From Iphione sp. A-MEVVRFRX5 (taxonomy: Eukaryota), in contig OZ320318.1 of assembly GCA_976226885.1 (NCBI GenBank), positions 5,332,001 to 5,396,000 on the forward strand: DNA of 64,000 nt. The letters run 5' to 3'. The notes beneath the pieces were generated by a model, which made no database searches, was not told where the DNA came from, and saw nothing but the letters and a program-made list of their open reading frames with translations. Made by a program: the position numbers and the translations under genes. This document shows positions 1-12,342 of the stretch, in pieces; the stretch's first letter is position 1; each line of letters opens with the position of its first letter.

Positions 1-287
1 CTGTTTGTGTAATGTAAAGTGTACAGATATAAGCACTATGAAGAAGCATTGTACAATATACTTAAGCAGAATAAATATAGGTTTTTGCAAGTACTTGTGT
101 TTTTGGTAAACAGTGCCTAATGGCACTCGCATTAAGTAAAACATTGTAACAGACTTGTTTCTTGGTATCGCAATACATCCTAACCTTAGGTGAACAAAAC
201 GTTATAATCATTTGCATCTATGTGGTACCCTGGATATGTGGCACTATGACATCATCTGATGTATTGTTTAAATACATGTACTTGTAA

Positions 288-449
288 TTAATGACTGCTT
301 TCTGAATCATGCGATGTTTGTGTGTACAGTGTTTGTCGCACAAAGTGAGTATATAAGAGAAATGTTCCAACACTCTCGTCGGACGTGTCAATGGCTAACA
401 ACTGACGTGCTGTTTGCTGTGAACAAGAATATAGGCTGAAGAATGGAAC
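288..449 (-). CDS. Candidate terminal exon (VPFFSLYSC...SESSH*)
   Basis: ctgatag|GTTCCA, then 53 open codons and TAA in phase 0. The polypyrimidine tract is weak. Confidence 0.45.
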   Translation of the reverse strand, partial: VPFFSLYSCSQQTARQLLAIDTSDESVGTFLLYTHFVRQTLYTQTSHDSESSH

Positions 450-515
450 CTATCAGTGTGGAGTACACTTTGTTGTTACGCTGGAGTACTGAAAGGGATT
501 AGTTCAGTATCTTAC

Positions 516-560
516 CTTAAAAATACTTTTAATCTCCTCAGGTTTCATGGCACTGGATAC
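516..560 (-). CDS. 45-nt exon (VSSAMKPEEIKSIFK) of the same host gene
   Basis: tgtttccag|GTATCC and TTTAAG|gtaaga; phase 0 to phase 0, no stop. Confidence 0.75.
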
Positions 561-1027
561 CTGGAAACATTGATATATAAACACATGTATATAAAACGTG
601 GACAACGTGGCTAAATCAATCCTACATGAAGTGCCACCAGGTTCTGCAGAGCTAGACAGTTCGCCCAGTGGTATATATTGTTACGGCCAGACCTTAACAT
701 ACTGGAGGTAAACTCCCCCGTAACGTTTAGATGTTTATTCCTGAGAGGTAAGAACACAACTGCGAATAACTCCACATGCACTTGCTTATATACACACAAC
801 CATAACGTGCAGAGCTAACGTGAGGAATAAACACATGCTCAGCATGCTGAGTAACTAGGTGAGGAGTACATCACTGCTCTGCACAACAATATGTATATAC
901 GTTGGTATACATACTAAATTGTCACTTTCACCAAAAAAAAAATAAAAATACAAAAAATACAAAAAATATATATATGTACATTCCTACATGGATTACATAA
1001 TTATCTTGAATCTATGTTCATACGTAC

Positions 1028-1802
1028 CTGAGACTCTGTCTCCTGATTGGTTGACTGATGTGCCATGAGCTGCTCAGGCTCCGGCTCAACATGAGTAACT
1101 GAGACCTGCTCCGAGCGCTTCTTCATCCGCGACGTTTGCCAAGGCGGGATTTCCCTGGTCATGCCTGTACTGGTCACAGAGCTGGAGGCGGGGATGATGG
1201 AGGGGCCTGAGGAGCAGGAGGAGGTGGAGGTGTTGGAGATGGTAGGAGGAGCAGTCCTGGTGCTGGTGGTGGTGGTATTTGTCACTTGCTGTAACTGTGG
1301 TGTGGGGAGTGTGTGTGATGGGGATTGGTAGGAGGCAGTTGTTACTTGCTGGTGCTGGTGCTGTTGTTGATGCTGATGCTGGTGCTGCTGCAGAGGTTGG
1401 TGGACTGTGGATGTGGGAGAGAAAGGTCTGGCACCCATCTCAGAGAAAGGGACCATCATCTCAGGAGGGCTCAGCAAGACTGGTGGACCGGGGCGAAAGG
1501 GAGAAAAAGGAGACATAATAACACCGCGGTACACCTGGGGGGGAGGTGGAGGAAGAGGCATGATTCCGTTCACCACGGGGTGCCGCCTGTGGATGACAGG
1601 GTGCAGTGGCCTCAGTGTGGCAGCAGTCGCAGGTGGGTTCAGAGCTCTTTCCTGACCAATGGTTGCCGTAGTTGTGCTTGCATGTGTGGAAAAGGCCACG
1701 GTATGTGCAGTAGTCTGTCTGGTGAATGAAGGCTTCGGATGGTCAGGTCTGCTTGCCTTCGTAGCTGCCTTACTTCTCACTGGCTCCTTCCCATTTGAAT
1801 CT
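1028..1802 (-). CDS. Internal Pro/Gln/Thr/Ser-rich exon of the same host gene
   Basis: ttattttatttgtag|AGATTC and TCTCAG|gtacgt. The 775-nt exon runs phase 2 to phase 0, in the frame of ORF 1001..1903. Confidence 0.85.
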
Positions 1803-1900
1803 CTACAAATAAAATAAGGAATAATGAGGAAAATAAACAAGGAAACAGTATAAAGCATGACTGACAATAAAGAGCTCACCATAACTGAACTATACACCTG

Positions 1901-2216
1901 CAAGGTGCTGTTTTACAAGGTCAGGGGAATTAAGGCCAGGTCTTACTAGGAATATATATGTCCTGAAGATGCTGATTTACAAGGTCAGATAACTAATGTC
2001 AGGGCTTACTGAAACTTTGCGCCCTCAAGGTGCTATTTTCAATGTCACAGGAACTAAAGTAAGGACTTACTGAAAAAAACTATACGCCTTCAAGGTGCTG
2101 TTGTACAAGGTCACGGGAACTACGGTAAGGACTTAATGAAACCATAACCTTGTCAGGTGCTGCTTTACAAGGTCTAGGAACTAAGGTTAGGACTTACTGA
2201 AACCATAAACTTGTCA
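1901..2216. repeat. Degenerate intronic minisatellite, about 60-65 bp x5
   Basis: Recurring caaggtgctg..ttacaaggtca..ggaactaaggt.aggacttactgaaa units. Confidence 0.85.
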
Positions 2217-3148
2217 TGTTGTCCTTCTTGCTGTATTAACTTAACAGTCTTAACTACAAGTCGTTTTGGTTACACTAGCACGACACTGTTCGTCTAGACA
2301 AACACTGTATTAGGTGGACAAGAATAGCACCGTTCTAGGAAATGTCCTTTTGTCAAAATGTGAAATTTGATTTTTTAAAAAAAAGTTATGAAAGGTATTA
2401 GTCATCATACAGAAACTAGTCACCAGACCTGAAAAGCCAATGGAAAAACTATTGGCACCGTGAAAAATAAATTTAGATGTGATTCCTGATGAAACCTAAA
2501 AACCATTTTGCCAAATAAGGCTGTAAACAGACGCTGCCTATCTGCTGTCGCATGATAACCCTTAACTGTGACGTCACGAAGACAATACACAGTGCATGTC
2601 TCTATGACAACTCATATGTCATTGGAAGGTTTTGGATACGAAATCTCCACTGCTTACGGTTGCATCACATAGGTAGTCTGTCTTGCCACTTTCAGGAGAC
2701 ATCGGTCAACTCAATTATGTTGGAAATACGGGTTTTGTCAGTTGGAGAACTCTTGGTAAGCGTGGGAGGACAGAAAATTTTCATGACAATCTTTGTCACC
2801 CAGTCAAACAGGTGAGAGGCTGTCCAAGGGATAGTGGATAACTCACTATAAGCAGTGCTGGGCGACTGTTGCTTTGTGGCAAAAGAAACCGTGCCACACA
2901 GACATTCAAAAATATGACAACTTTCTTTGACTGCCTATCAATTTAAAGGTAGAGCCCTCAATATGTGTTTCACAGGATGAATATAATGCCACAACTTTCT
3001 TTGGCTTGCCCGGCCATGAAGAAGCCCTAAAGGAATCAGTCCATAGACTGATCGCATAGCACTTGGCGACAAAGGAATAGATGGGCTGCAATGACGCAAC
3101 TTTTGCTCTTTTCGGGTCACAGATGATTGAGCTGTCAGAGGAAGTTAA

Positions 3149-3295
3149 ACAAAACGTCAACAGGTCGATGGTACGAGTGTGTTTACGCGTTGAGGTCGAT
3201 TGATTTTATTACACGAGGCCGCAGGCCGAGTGTAATAAAATCAATCGACCTCAACAAGTAAAAACACGAGTACCATCAACCTGTTGACGTTTTGT
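3149..3295. repeat. Near-perfect ~147-bp palindrome (foldback/MITE-like)
   Basis: Arms acaaaacgtcaacagg..ttgaggtcgattgattttattacac and its reverse complement surround a central gaggccgcaggccgag. Confidence 0.9.
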
Positions 3296-3733
3296 ATTTA
3301 TTCCATGCCTAAATTATTAAAGAAAAATCACAATTTACATCCCAAGAGCTATCATATGCTGCTGCCAGTGCTGGTAAAAGAGGCAGACAGAAGGTCTCTT
3401 CCCAAGTAAAAAACCACCCACTTCTATTTGTCTGATTTTGGCAAACTTAATATCAAATTAAAACCAATAATTTAAGGAGGAAGTTGAAATACAGATTATA
3501 CTATTAAAAACGTTTTTAAAAAATCGAACCATGTACCACACAGGCATGTGGTACACATCAATTTACTGCACAGCCAGCAGCGGGTGGTATGCACCCCTTG
3601 TACGCGCACAGGCATGGAATAATTGTCAATAGTGCGTCATTATGACGCTGGAAGATGGAACGTTTCTAAGATACGTGCGATCAGTCAATTTTGCTTGAAG
3701 TTGCCACAGGGGTTACCAGTGCGGGCGACGTAC

Positions 3734-3911
3734 CTGATTTGTTCCAGGTGGTCTATCTCATCATAGGAAGACTGTAAGAAAGAGGCGTGAGACGGGGCCA
3801 AGATGGACACCACATCATCCTCAGGGTAAAGCATGCCCCCCGCCATAGTCTGACTGTCCACTAGGTGTCGCTGTAGTAGCTCCTTGTCACATGAGGCAGC
3901 TGGAGGGACAC
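3734..3911 (-). CDS. Internal exon of the same host gene (GVPPAASCDKELLQRHLVD...DHLEQI)
   Basis: ttctggtag|GTGTCC and ATCAG|gtacgt. The 178-nt exon runs phase 1 to phase 2, matching both neighbours. Confidence 0.85.
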
Positions 3912-4025
3912 CTACCAGAACAAAGAAATACAGGTATAAGCTTACCATACCTCGGTGGTTCTCTCTCCCCCCCCCCTTTTTTAACACCTTTTATGGTCTA
4001 CCTGAAAACTTCCAAAACAAAAAGG

Positions 4026-4185
4026 NNNNNNNNNNNNNNNNNNNNNNNNNNNNNNNNNNNNNNNNNNNNNNNNNNNNNNNNNNNNNNNNNNNNNNNNNNN
4101 NNNNNNNNNNNNNNNNNNNNNNNNNNNNNNNNNNNNNNNNNNNNNNNNNNNNNNNNNNNNNNNNNNNNNNNNNNNNNNNNNNNNA
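4026..4185. other. Assembly gap (160 N) inside an intron of the host gene
   Basis: Run of N. Confidence 1.
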
Positions 4186-4628
4186 ACCTAGGAAAGGAAG
4201 CAGTAGTTAGATGGAACGGAAAAGGACGGAAGAACATGAGAGAAAGAAAGACGGTGAAAGAAAGAGAGGAGACAGAGAGGGGCACACAGTAAGGCAAGAT
4301 TGTTGAATGGCAGGGTGTGAATGGACAAGGTTGCTACTAGAGAAATTCAGAGGGAGCCATCCATGGTACAACACGGTTGATTTAGTCATCTGAAAGATTG
4401 TCAGACTATTATACGGTACATGTATATGTGGTATGCCTATGTTAGGTGTGACATGGACTCTTTCGAGTCAAGTATGACCCATTTTCTGTAAGGTTATGAA
4501 TACTTTCAACTTTAAGTGGCCATTGCTAAGTGATGCCCAGTCAGTTCAGTTAAACACAAGGTCGTCTTCTGTGGACTTTCAACGACTATAGTCTAGTACA
4601 GACATATTAATGAATGGTATTTCCTTAC

Positions 4629-7600
4629 CTGCACTCTCTCCTTGCGCCGCCTTGGTACTGTCGTCCGCCGCCATATCCTCATCTCCCTTGCCTGTCTCCG
4701 TCTCTGCAGCCTGTTTCTGTGTGGACTTCTTGATGGGGTAGAAGTTACGCCCGATGACGAAGCCCTTGATGGGCTCGAGGGGTTCCTTGACGGAGCTCGT
4801 CGCTGGCTGTTTGTTTCTGTCGGGAGAGGGTGTTCTGGACCTCCTGCTCCTCTTGTGGGGCTTCTCCTCCTCCTCGTCGCTGCTGCTGTCCGAGGTGTCG
4901 CTGGTGTAGTAGCGGCCCCGCCTTCTCGACCTCTTGCTCCTATGCCTCCTGTGTTTGTACCTCTTCCTCTCCGCCTTCAGCCTCTTATGGAGCGGTGTGA
5001 ACGCCTCCACCCGGGGCTCGCGCACGTCGACGTCGTCCTCCCCGGAGTGGATGTAGATGGGTTCCTCACTGCCAACACGGTTGTTGTCCGACGCAAGGCT
5101 CTCCTGTCGGGGGTGGTTGTTGTTGCTGCTGCTCGCGTACATGTTATTGATGTTTCTATAGGCGGCAGGCAGGTCCTTGCCATCCTCCTCCTCCTCCTCC
5201 ATTATCAAGTCCGGCTCCGGGTCCTCTTCGGAGATCTCCCCCTCCTCCATCTCCCTGGGTGGCTCCTGTTTCACCTCCGCTGTATCCGTCTCTTCACTGC
5301 TACTGAATTGCTGCTTCCTACCACCTCCTTCATCTTCATCCTCCTCCTCCTCCTCCTCCTCCTCCTCCTCCTCCTCCTCCTCCTCCTCCTCCTCCTCCTC
5401 CTCCTCCTCCTCCTCCTCCCCGGGTTCCCTCAACCCTGGCTCTGCTTCACCCTCAGAGGAGGATGACCCCATCGCAGGGTCCCCCTCTGGTCCGATCTCA
5501 CTGGAACCTTTCTCCTCCGTCCCGCTCTCCACGAGGCAGTCCTCCACTGGCGCACTCCCCCCAGGGATGCAGTCCTCACTGGTGGGTTCCCTGATAGAAA
5601 TACCACACTCCTCCTCCTCCTCCTCCTCCTCCACCTCCTCCTCCTCGTCCTCTAGACTACCCCCTGTCTGGCTTGAATCCGCAGCAGGTGGGCTGTCTTG
5701 CCTTCCTTCAGGTGAGGAAACTGCTACTGTCGACCCCTCCTCCTCCTCCTTCTCGGCTGGCGCCTCCACATAGTCGGGCTGGAAGGCGTCCTCCGTGTCC
5801 GTCCAATGACTGGGGGGCATCTTATTGGGTGAACTGAACTCTGACCTGGACGGTGTCCCTTGCATGACCTCATGACCTCGAGCAGCACTGACCCGCACCG
5901 GGGAGTTGAACTTGGCCGTGGACTCGGTGGTCACCTCCTGCAGGATGAGCTGCTGTTCGAGGCTATGCTGGCTAAAGGTCACCATCCTTTCAAACGTTCC
6001 GGGGCTGTTCTCTACAGGATGACAGTCAACGGTCGCGCAAGATATTGGCCCTGCCTCTCCATTCTCTGTTGCCGCCGCCCCCTCCTCCTCTTTCTTCTCA
6101 TGACCCATGTCTGCACTGTTGCTTCTTACCATGGCTTTCTGCGTCGCCTCACTCCGTCCCGTACCACTGCCACGGGACGTGGGTTTTCCTTGCTTGAATT
6201 TCCCCTCGGATGCCTTTTCCTTGGGATTATTTCTCCTAATGTTCACCTTCCCATCCGTGTCTTTGTCTGCTTCTTCTTGGTGTTCCTTTTCCTTGGAATG
6301 GCTTCTACTGCTAGTTATATTCTTCCCGTCAGACCCCTTCTTCTTGGGAATCTTTGGCAATCTGACCTCTGCTGGCACACCATGGCTCTCGCTGAAGATG
6401 TAGGCGCTAATGTCAAATTCCAACTTCTTGCCACCCTCTGCCTCCGCAGAACTCCTCCTCCTACTCGCCACTGCCTTGGCAGTCGGGTTACCAGATGGGC
6501 AGTTCGGGTCTTTTGATCTACTCCCCGTGGAGACCCTACGATGCCTTTCCCGTGTACCCTCTTCATCTTCTTTCGACCTCTTCTCCCCTCTGGCTCCTTC
6601 GGCCTTAGGCATGTCATCGCTCTCATCATCTGACTCCAACACCTGATGTTTTTTCTTTCTTTTCACTTGAATACAATCAGAAGCCTGCTCCTCCTTCTCC
6701 TCCTCCTCGCCTCCCAGAGATGCTTCCACCGGGGTGTTTGAGGTTTTGGTGTCCTTTGACACGGGCTCGCTTTCTTCGCTCCTTATTTCACTACCCTCAG
6801 ACATGGTCGGTGTTTCTTGTGCTCTCTCTGAAGCAGTTTTATTCCTCCCCTTGTGACCTTCCTCCACATTCTCTCCCTCTTCAGGCGGACCTGGTTTAGA
6901 ATGTCTCCTCTTCTTCTTCTGCTTCCTCCCAGAGGTAGGTTCTCTCAGAGAAGCCTCGTCTTTGTGATCCTCTTTCCCCTTACGACCACTACTGTCTGAG
7001 GCCTTTTCCTCGCTACTTTTCTTCCTCTTCTTGGCTCTGCCTGATTCACTGCCAGCTTGATAGTCTGAAGACCCGGTCCCTCTCTTCTCCCCTTCCTTCT
7101 CTTCAGTTCCTTTCTCGGCTTTCCTTGGCTTCAACCTGTCTACGTGAGGGTCAGGGTGAGAGGCTGCGTCCTCCTTGACTGGTTGTTCGTCTGTAGTGGA
7201 TCCTGGAAGGGCTTCATTGCTCACTTTCGTGCTCTCCTTTGATGTTATCACCCTTTCAGACAATGGCTGGTTGTCTCTGAAGTCATCATCTGCCTCAGAA
7301 GCCACTACGCTGTGCCTATCAACCTCCTCAACTAAACCCTTCCTCTCAGCCTTCTCACCTAAACTCTGCATCTGTGCCGACATCTTTTTAAGAACTCTAA
7401 CGTTACAACTACCAGTTTTCAGAAGGCGTTTCCATTTCTTCGGACGATGCAGAAAGAAGTCTTTCTCCAGTGGTACGATCTTGACTGCCAGTTCCTTCAT
7501 TCTCACATCAGACTGACTGATATTTTCTTTTTGCTTCTTCTTTCTCTTAGCTGGGTCAGTTTTTCTGTTCTTGTTGGGCACATCAGTCTTATTATCCTGA

Positions 7601-9918
7601 CTGATGTTTTTCTGCTGCTTCTCTGTCTTAGCTGGGTCATCTTTCCTGTCCGCGTTGGACACATCAGTCTTATCCTGCTTGTTATTTTCTTTCTGCTTTG
7701 TCTCTGTCTTAGCTGGGTCCATGTTGGACACATCGGTCTTATCCTGCTTCGTCTGTGTCTTAGCCAGGTCTTTGTTGCGCACATTAGTCTTATCCTGATG
7801 GATCTTTTCTGTCCGCTTCTTCTCTGTCTTAGCTGGGTCATCTTTTCTGTCCTTGTTGGGCACATTAGTCTTATCCTGATTGATATTTTCAGTCTGCTTC
7901 TTCCCTGTCTTCATTGGGTTGTCTTTCGTGTCCTTGTTGGGAACATCAGTCTTATCCTGCTGGGTATCATGTTCCACCTCACCTTCACTCTGACTGGTCT
8001 TGCCTCTTTTTCTCTTCATCACAGCTTTGGTGATCCTAGCTTGCCGCACCTGTGCTAGGAGTACATTTCCTTCATCATCACAATGGCAGCAGTCAGAGCT
8101 GGTGTCCAAAGCTACGGATCCCTCTCCCTGCCGCCCCTTCTCGGTTCCCTCTGTGTCCGGCTCCACCACCACGCTTGACTCCGGTGTCGTTGACAGCTGC
8201 GATTCCGCTTCAGGCCCCTCCTCGGTGGACGCGTCCACTGAACTGGTGCAAGGCTCGCTCTGTACAGCTGAGCCATGAGGAGCCTGAGAATGAGGAGGAG
8301 CAGGAGGAGCCTGCTGGGAGTGAACATCCTTCTTTGCACCCTTCTTGAATGTAAACTGGCAGTTTTCGAATGGAAACACAAAGCTAGCACTCTGTAAATG
8401 CGCAACAGTCCCCAGAAACTCCTTCAGCCTCTCGGAGTGCTCTCTAGGCAGCCTGCTGCTGCTGCCCCCACCACCCGACCTCTCAGTGCCTTCCTCCTTG
8501 ACCAGCTTGACCCACACCGAACCGAAGGTCAACTCCAGGTTATAGGCCGCGAGGGAGTCGAGCTGGTCAACTATGACCCACAGGTCGGGCTTAGTAAGAG
8601 ACTCCAGGTTGGAGTCCTCCCTGGAGATGACCAGACCCTTGGTCTTCAACGACACGCTGCTGCAGGCCTCGAAGACAGACAAGACCCGGGCCAGCTCGGC
8701 CTGTGTGCAGGACTCCTTCTCTGTGAACCACTCGGGAAACGTCTCCACGTGCAGCTGTGAGAAGGACAGCTTGCTTTCTCCTCGTGGCATAGCAAAGAGA
8801 ATACTGGCTATCTGCTTGGCCTCATTCGAAACAGGTACTGCCACCACCTCCGCTGCTGCTGCTGCTGCTGATGATGATGATGATGGGGCCTTCTCTTCCT
8901 TGAGAGCTTCTCCACTAGGAGTGCTGTTTCCCAGGGGCGGGCTCTGTCCAGGGGCCAGAGGTGGGACCTCTTCCAATGTGGACCCTTCCCTGGTGGAGAC
9001 TGTCACCTTTGGGGCTCTCCTTCGCGAGCCAGCCCCTCCAGCCTTGCGTTTCGGGACCCTCTTGCCATTCTCCTTGGACACCACACCCGGTGTTTTCCTG
9101 CCTGATATCGGTCCCTTCTGAGGTGGTGTGGTTCTCCTCTTCTTGGTGATTCTGCTGGGTGATGATGCCACTAGGCCAGCCTCCCGCCTACCAGAGGCCT
9201 CCTCCTCGTCCTCTGAATTTTCTCCGGAGCTAGACATGACCTCCATTCCCTTGCTCCTTTCATTCTCCTCCGGTGGTGTCAGGGACCTGCCTTTCCGTTT
9301 CTGTGACATTGAAGCCATCCTCTTCCTCTTCTTGACCTTCTCGCTATTCCCCGAGACCGCAGTGGTGGCTTCGGTTGACGGTTGCTCCCTCTGGTGGACA
9401 TCTTGCTCGACAGGTTCCGTATCGAGGCAGTCTGGGTGCCCATCTGAACTGACACTGGCTTTGCTCACACTCTCAGCTGGGGAAGTATCCTGCACTCTCT
9501 TCCTCTCAGCCACACCTTGGATGGGTCTTTTCTTGGCAGATCTGGATTTCCGTGCTTGGCTTTTTTCACACTCTACAACAGGCTTCTCCTCCTTCTCTGA
9601 ACTACTTTCTTGTGAGCCAGATGAGGAGGAGTCTGTCTCGTCTCCGCTCTCCTCAGCCTGCTTCAGAGAGGTGCCCCTACCCCCAGCAGACTTAGCTCCC
9701 TTTCTGCCCTGAGGGCTGTGACCAACATTCTTCTTCCTCACACGTTTGGTCCCTCCTAGTCTCCAGCGGGTAGCCTCCACCCGTTCTGTTCTCGCTGCCT
9801 CTGCTGCAGACGCTTTGACAGCCGGACGTTTTTCCTTAGTGGATTTACCGGCTGCTTTCTTTGCCCTCACCATCTTTGCTCTCCGCAGAGGGTTACCTTT
9901 CAGCCCTTTGGGCCTCAT
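4629..9918 (-). CDS. Giant coding exon (ATG at 9918; exon acceptor at about 10037) of an uncharacterised low-complexity K/E/S-rich host protein
   Basis: 1779-aa open frame. Acceptor ttttctttgtag|ATACC at 10038, donor GCAG|gtaagg at 4628 (phase 1). In-frame stop upstream of the ATG. Poly-Glu, basic tracts and one globular-looking segment (ILFAMPRGESKLSF...FGSVWVKLV). Confidence 0.8.
5341..5418. repeat. (CTC)26 microsatellite encoding poly-Glu on the minus strand
   Basis: Direct reading. Confidence 0.95.
7500..7950 (-). repeat. Coding tandem repeat, about 6-7 imperfect units of QDKTDVxNK(D)RKxDPAKTEKK
   Basis: Repeated acatcagtcttatcctg / cttagctgggtc motifs. Confidence 0.85.
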
Positions 9919-11040
9919 GGCTCTGAGCGGCTCCTCTTCAACGTGGGTTCACTACATCCTTATTTGGGCAATATTATGAATATCCTGAGATTCAGGTTGA
10001 CTTGCAGACCTCCTCTGCCTGGCTTGGACACTGGTATCTACAAAGAAAACCCAAAATTTAATCATTACTGGTTGTAGCTGTTTTTCGACCAGTTTTATCC
10101 CCCTTCATCATCTTGAGAGTACAACACATAAATAAAACGGCATCCACTTTTGAGGGAGCATATCCCGAGATTCAGGCACACTTGATGACACTCTTCTGTG
10201 ACTGACTTAACTTCAGGCATCTAGAGTAAAAACTGATTAGAATGACCATTCCTTGTGTGATGATGTAATGTCTTGAGCGATAGGAAAATCCTTATAAAAT
10301 ACATGCACTGTGAACCCTAGGGATTACTACTTTATTCTTCTTTGCCACGCTTCCAGCAGACTTATTATAACAGTTGCTTAAGCAGAAAGCTACAGGTGTT
10401 CAAAGGTCATCTGTAAATGGGATGATTATAATACCATATAACTGATAGTGGAGAATGATGATGTTACTTAACAATGACTGTAGGGGAAGATAAGGCTGGG
10501 GAAGGTTCATCCATAGACAGTGTGCTGGGTACATCATGTCCTCAGGTATCATTGTGTAATGGGTCACTTCTAGAACTTTCTGGAAGTGCATGTGATGTTG
10601 GGAGACAATGGTAGATGCCACACAATTCTTAAATTCTGAGGTAGCAATGGATGATCCTTGGGCCCCCCCCCCCTTACACTAAGTGTTATACAATTCTGTA
10701 GTTTAAATGTGGTGGAGAATTTGGCAATTAAGTCACGTCTTAAACTGGATCAATGGTGCGAGCATCTTCCTTCTTGGCTCCTGACTCACAAGGAATCAGT
10801 GTCTCTGCCCCCTGGCAACAAGTCCCTTGTACCAGAAATTCACATTGGCAACCACAGCGTGATGTGAGTAACAAAGTAAGTTACTGTATGCCATGAGATT
10901 AAAACTTGTTACCTGGTCCACATATACATTTTTATGTATTAATCATCCCAGGAAAAATAAAAGTTTTCAAAAAAAAAAAAACGTGTCCAATATCCAAGTT
11001 ACACATATTTACATCTACCACATAACAGTATAAGAGAAAA

Positions 11041-11560
11041 ATGGCCGATGTAGAGCAGCAAATGTTTCGAGTTAGAGGCTGGTCATGGCATGAGGCATAG
11101 TCTGGAACAATATGCAAAACATCTTAGTATCTCTGATGGCGCCAACGTGGGAGCCGTAGAGAAGTGGCTCCAAGGGGTGGACCACGCCCAGGAATGGAGG
11201 AAGACACTTGATGCCCTTGTCCTGGAAATGGTGGGGTATCAGACGACAGGTCGCCTTGCCACCTTGATTAGGACATGGAAACACCACCACCATGGGAAAC
11301 CAGACCTGGGCCACCCACAGGAAACCATATCCCAAGCTTTCTTGGACGAGGATGAGGTCCTCTGTGGTAAGGTGGACAAGCTCTGACAGAACCTGTTCGA
11401 GGATGCCTGTGAGTATGGTCAGCAGTATACTGAAGTAGCCTAGAAGACATACGAACCATCTGACTGAACACTCCCACTTGTTGCTGATAGGTTGGTAAAG
11501 CAATTTACCTATGGGCCACTGGATGAAGCTGTACACATACAAGGCTACCAGTGTAACACA
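11041..11560 (+). pseudogene. gag: Degraded Gypsy gag fragment
   Basis: LEQYAKHLSISDGANVGAVEKWLQGVD resembles the gag N-terminus at 25860 (LREYTKRMSPCDGKARDEVRKFIEDL); contains stops. Confidence 0.55.
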
Positions 11561-12342
11561 ATGCCCCTAAAATGAGGAATCAAATGACTTTAATTTGTTT
11601 CAAATAAAGATGCATATGACTGTGGCTGGTGGGCGGGGGGAGGACCTTCCACTGGAATGAATTTATACATTCGTATATTGTGCCCAGTTTATACAGGCAA
11701 CTTGTTCCTTGATGATATTTACACATGAAAAAGACACATGATAATGAAGCAGTTGATGGAATAAGCTGTGAGGGATAACTATGGTCGGTTCGCAGGAGTT
11801 CCGCAATAATACAAGTACCGGGTAAGCCTGATTGCACTTTCAGAAATATTTGTTTGAAAATAAACTAAAATTTGCAATATGATCTATTTTACAGCCTTGC
11901 AAGGGTGTCACCCTGCAGATTGGTGTTCCAAGTCAATAGATTGTTTTACTATTGTGCATAGGTGTTTATTAGCCAGGGTATCACCCTGTGATATTTTCGT
12001 TAATTAAAAATTTGACTACATTGGTGCCTGATAATCTGCCAGCCTATTTCACAGGTCTAATCTATAAACTCATAGTAGGTTCCCTAATCTGTTTAGGGAA
12101 CAAAAAAGTCGCCCTTTATTGCGCAACTTCTCCTGTGTGTCTTAAGCATTCTCATAAACTCTTTTTTAGGGAGGCTAGTTTCCTTTATTGTTAAGCTTGT
12201 TGTTCATGACTTATAAAATTTATTAATTTATAACAAAATGAGTCTCGGAAGTGTTCCTTTTAAGGCCTAATATTAATTGTTAATAACTTTCTTCGTCCTT
12301 CATGTGTACTAGTTCGGTTACATTTGTCTCTTAAGGGAATGA

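Noticed and set aside
4642-9979. Many + strand ORFs (poly-Leu, poly-Ser)
   Set aside because: They are antisense shadows of the low-complexity minus-strand exon.
11580-11837. Apparent homology with antisense ORF 33559-33897 (SLSC and W.VLPP shared)
   Set aside because: The motif spacing differs, and W.VLPP comes from a purine-rich tract on the + strand; too weak.
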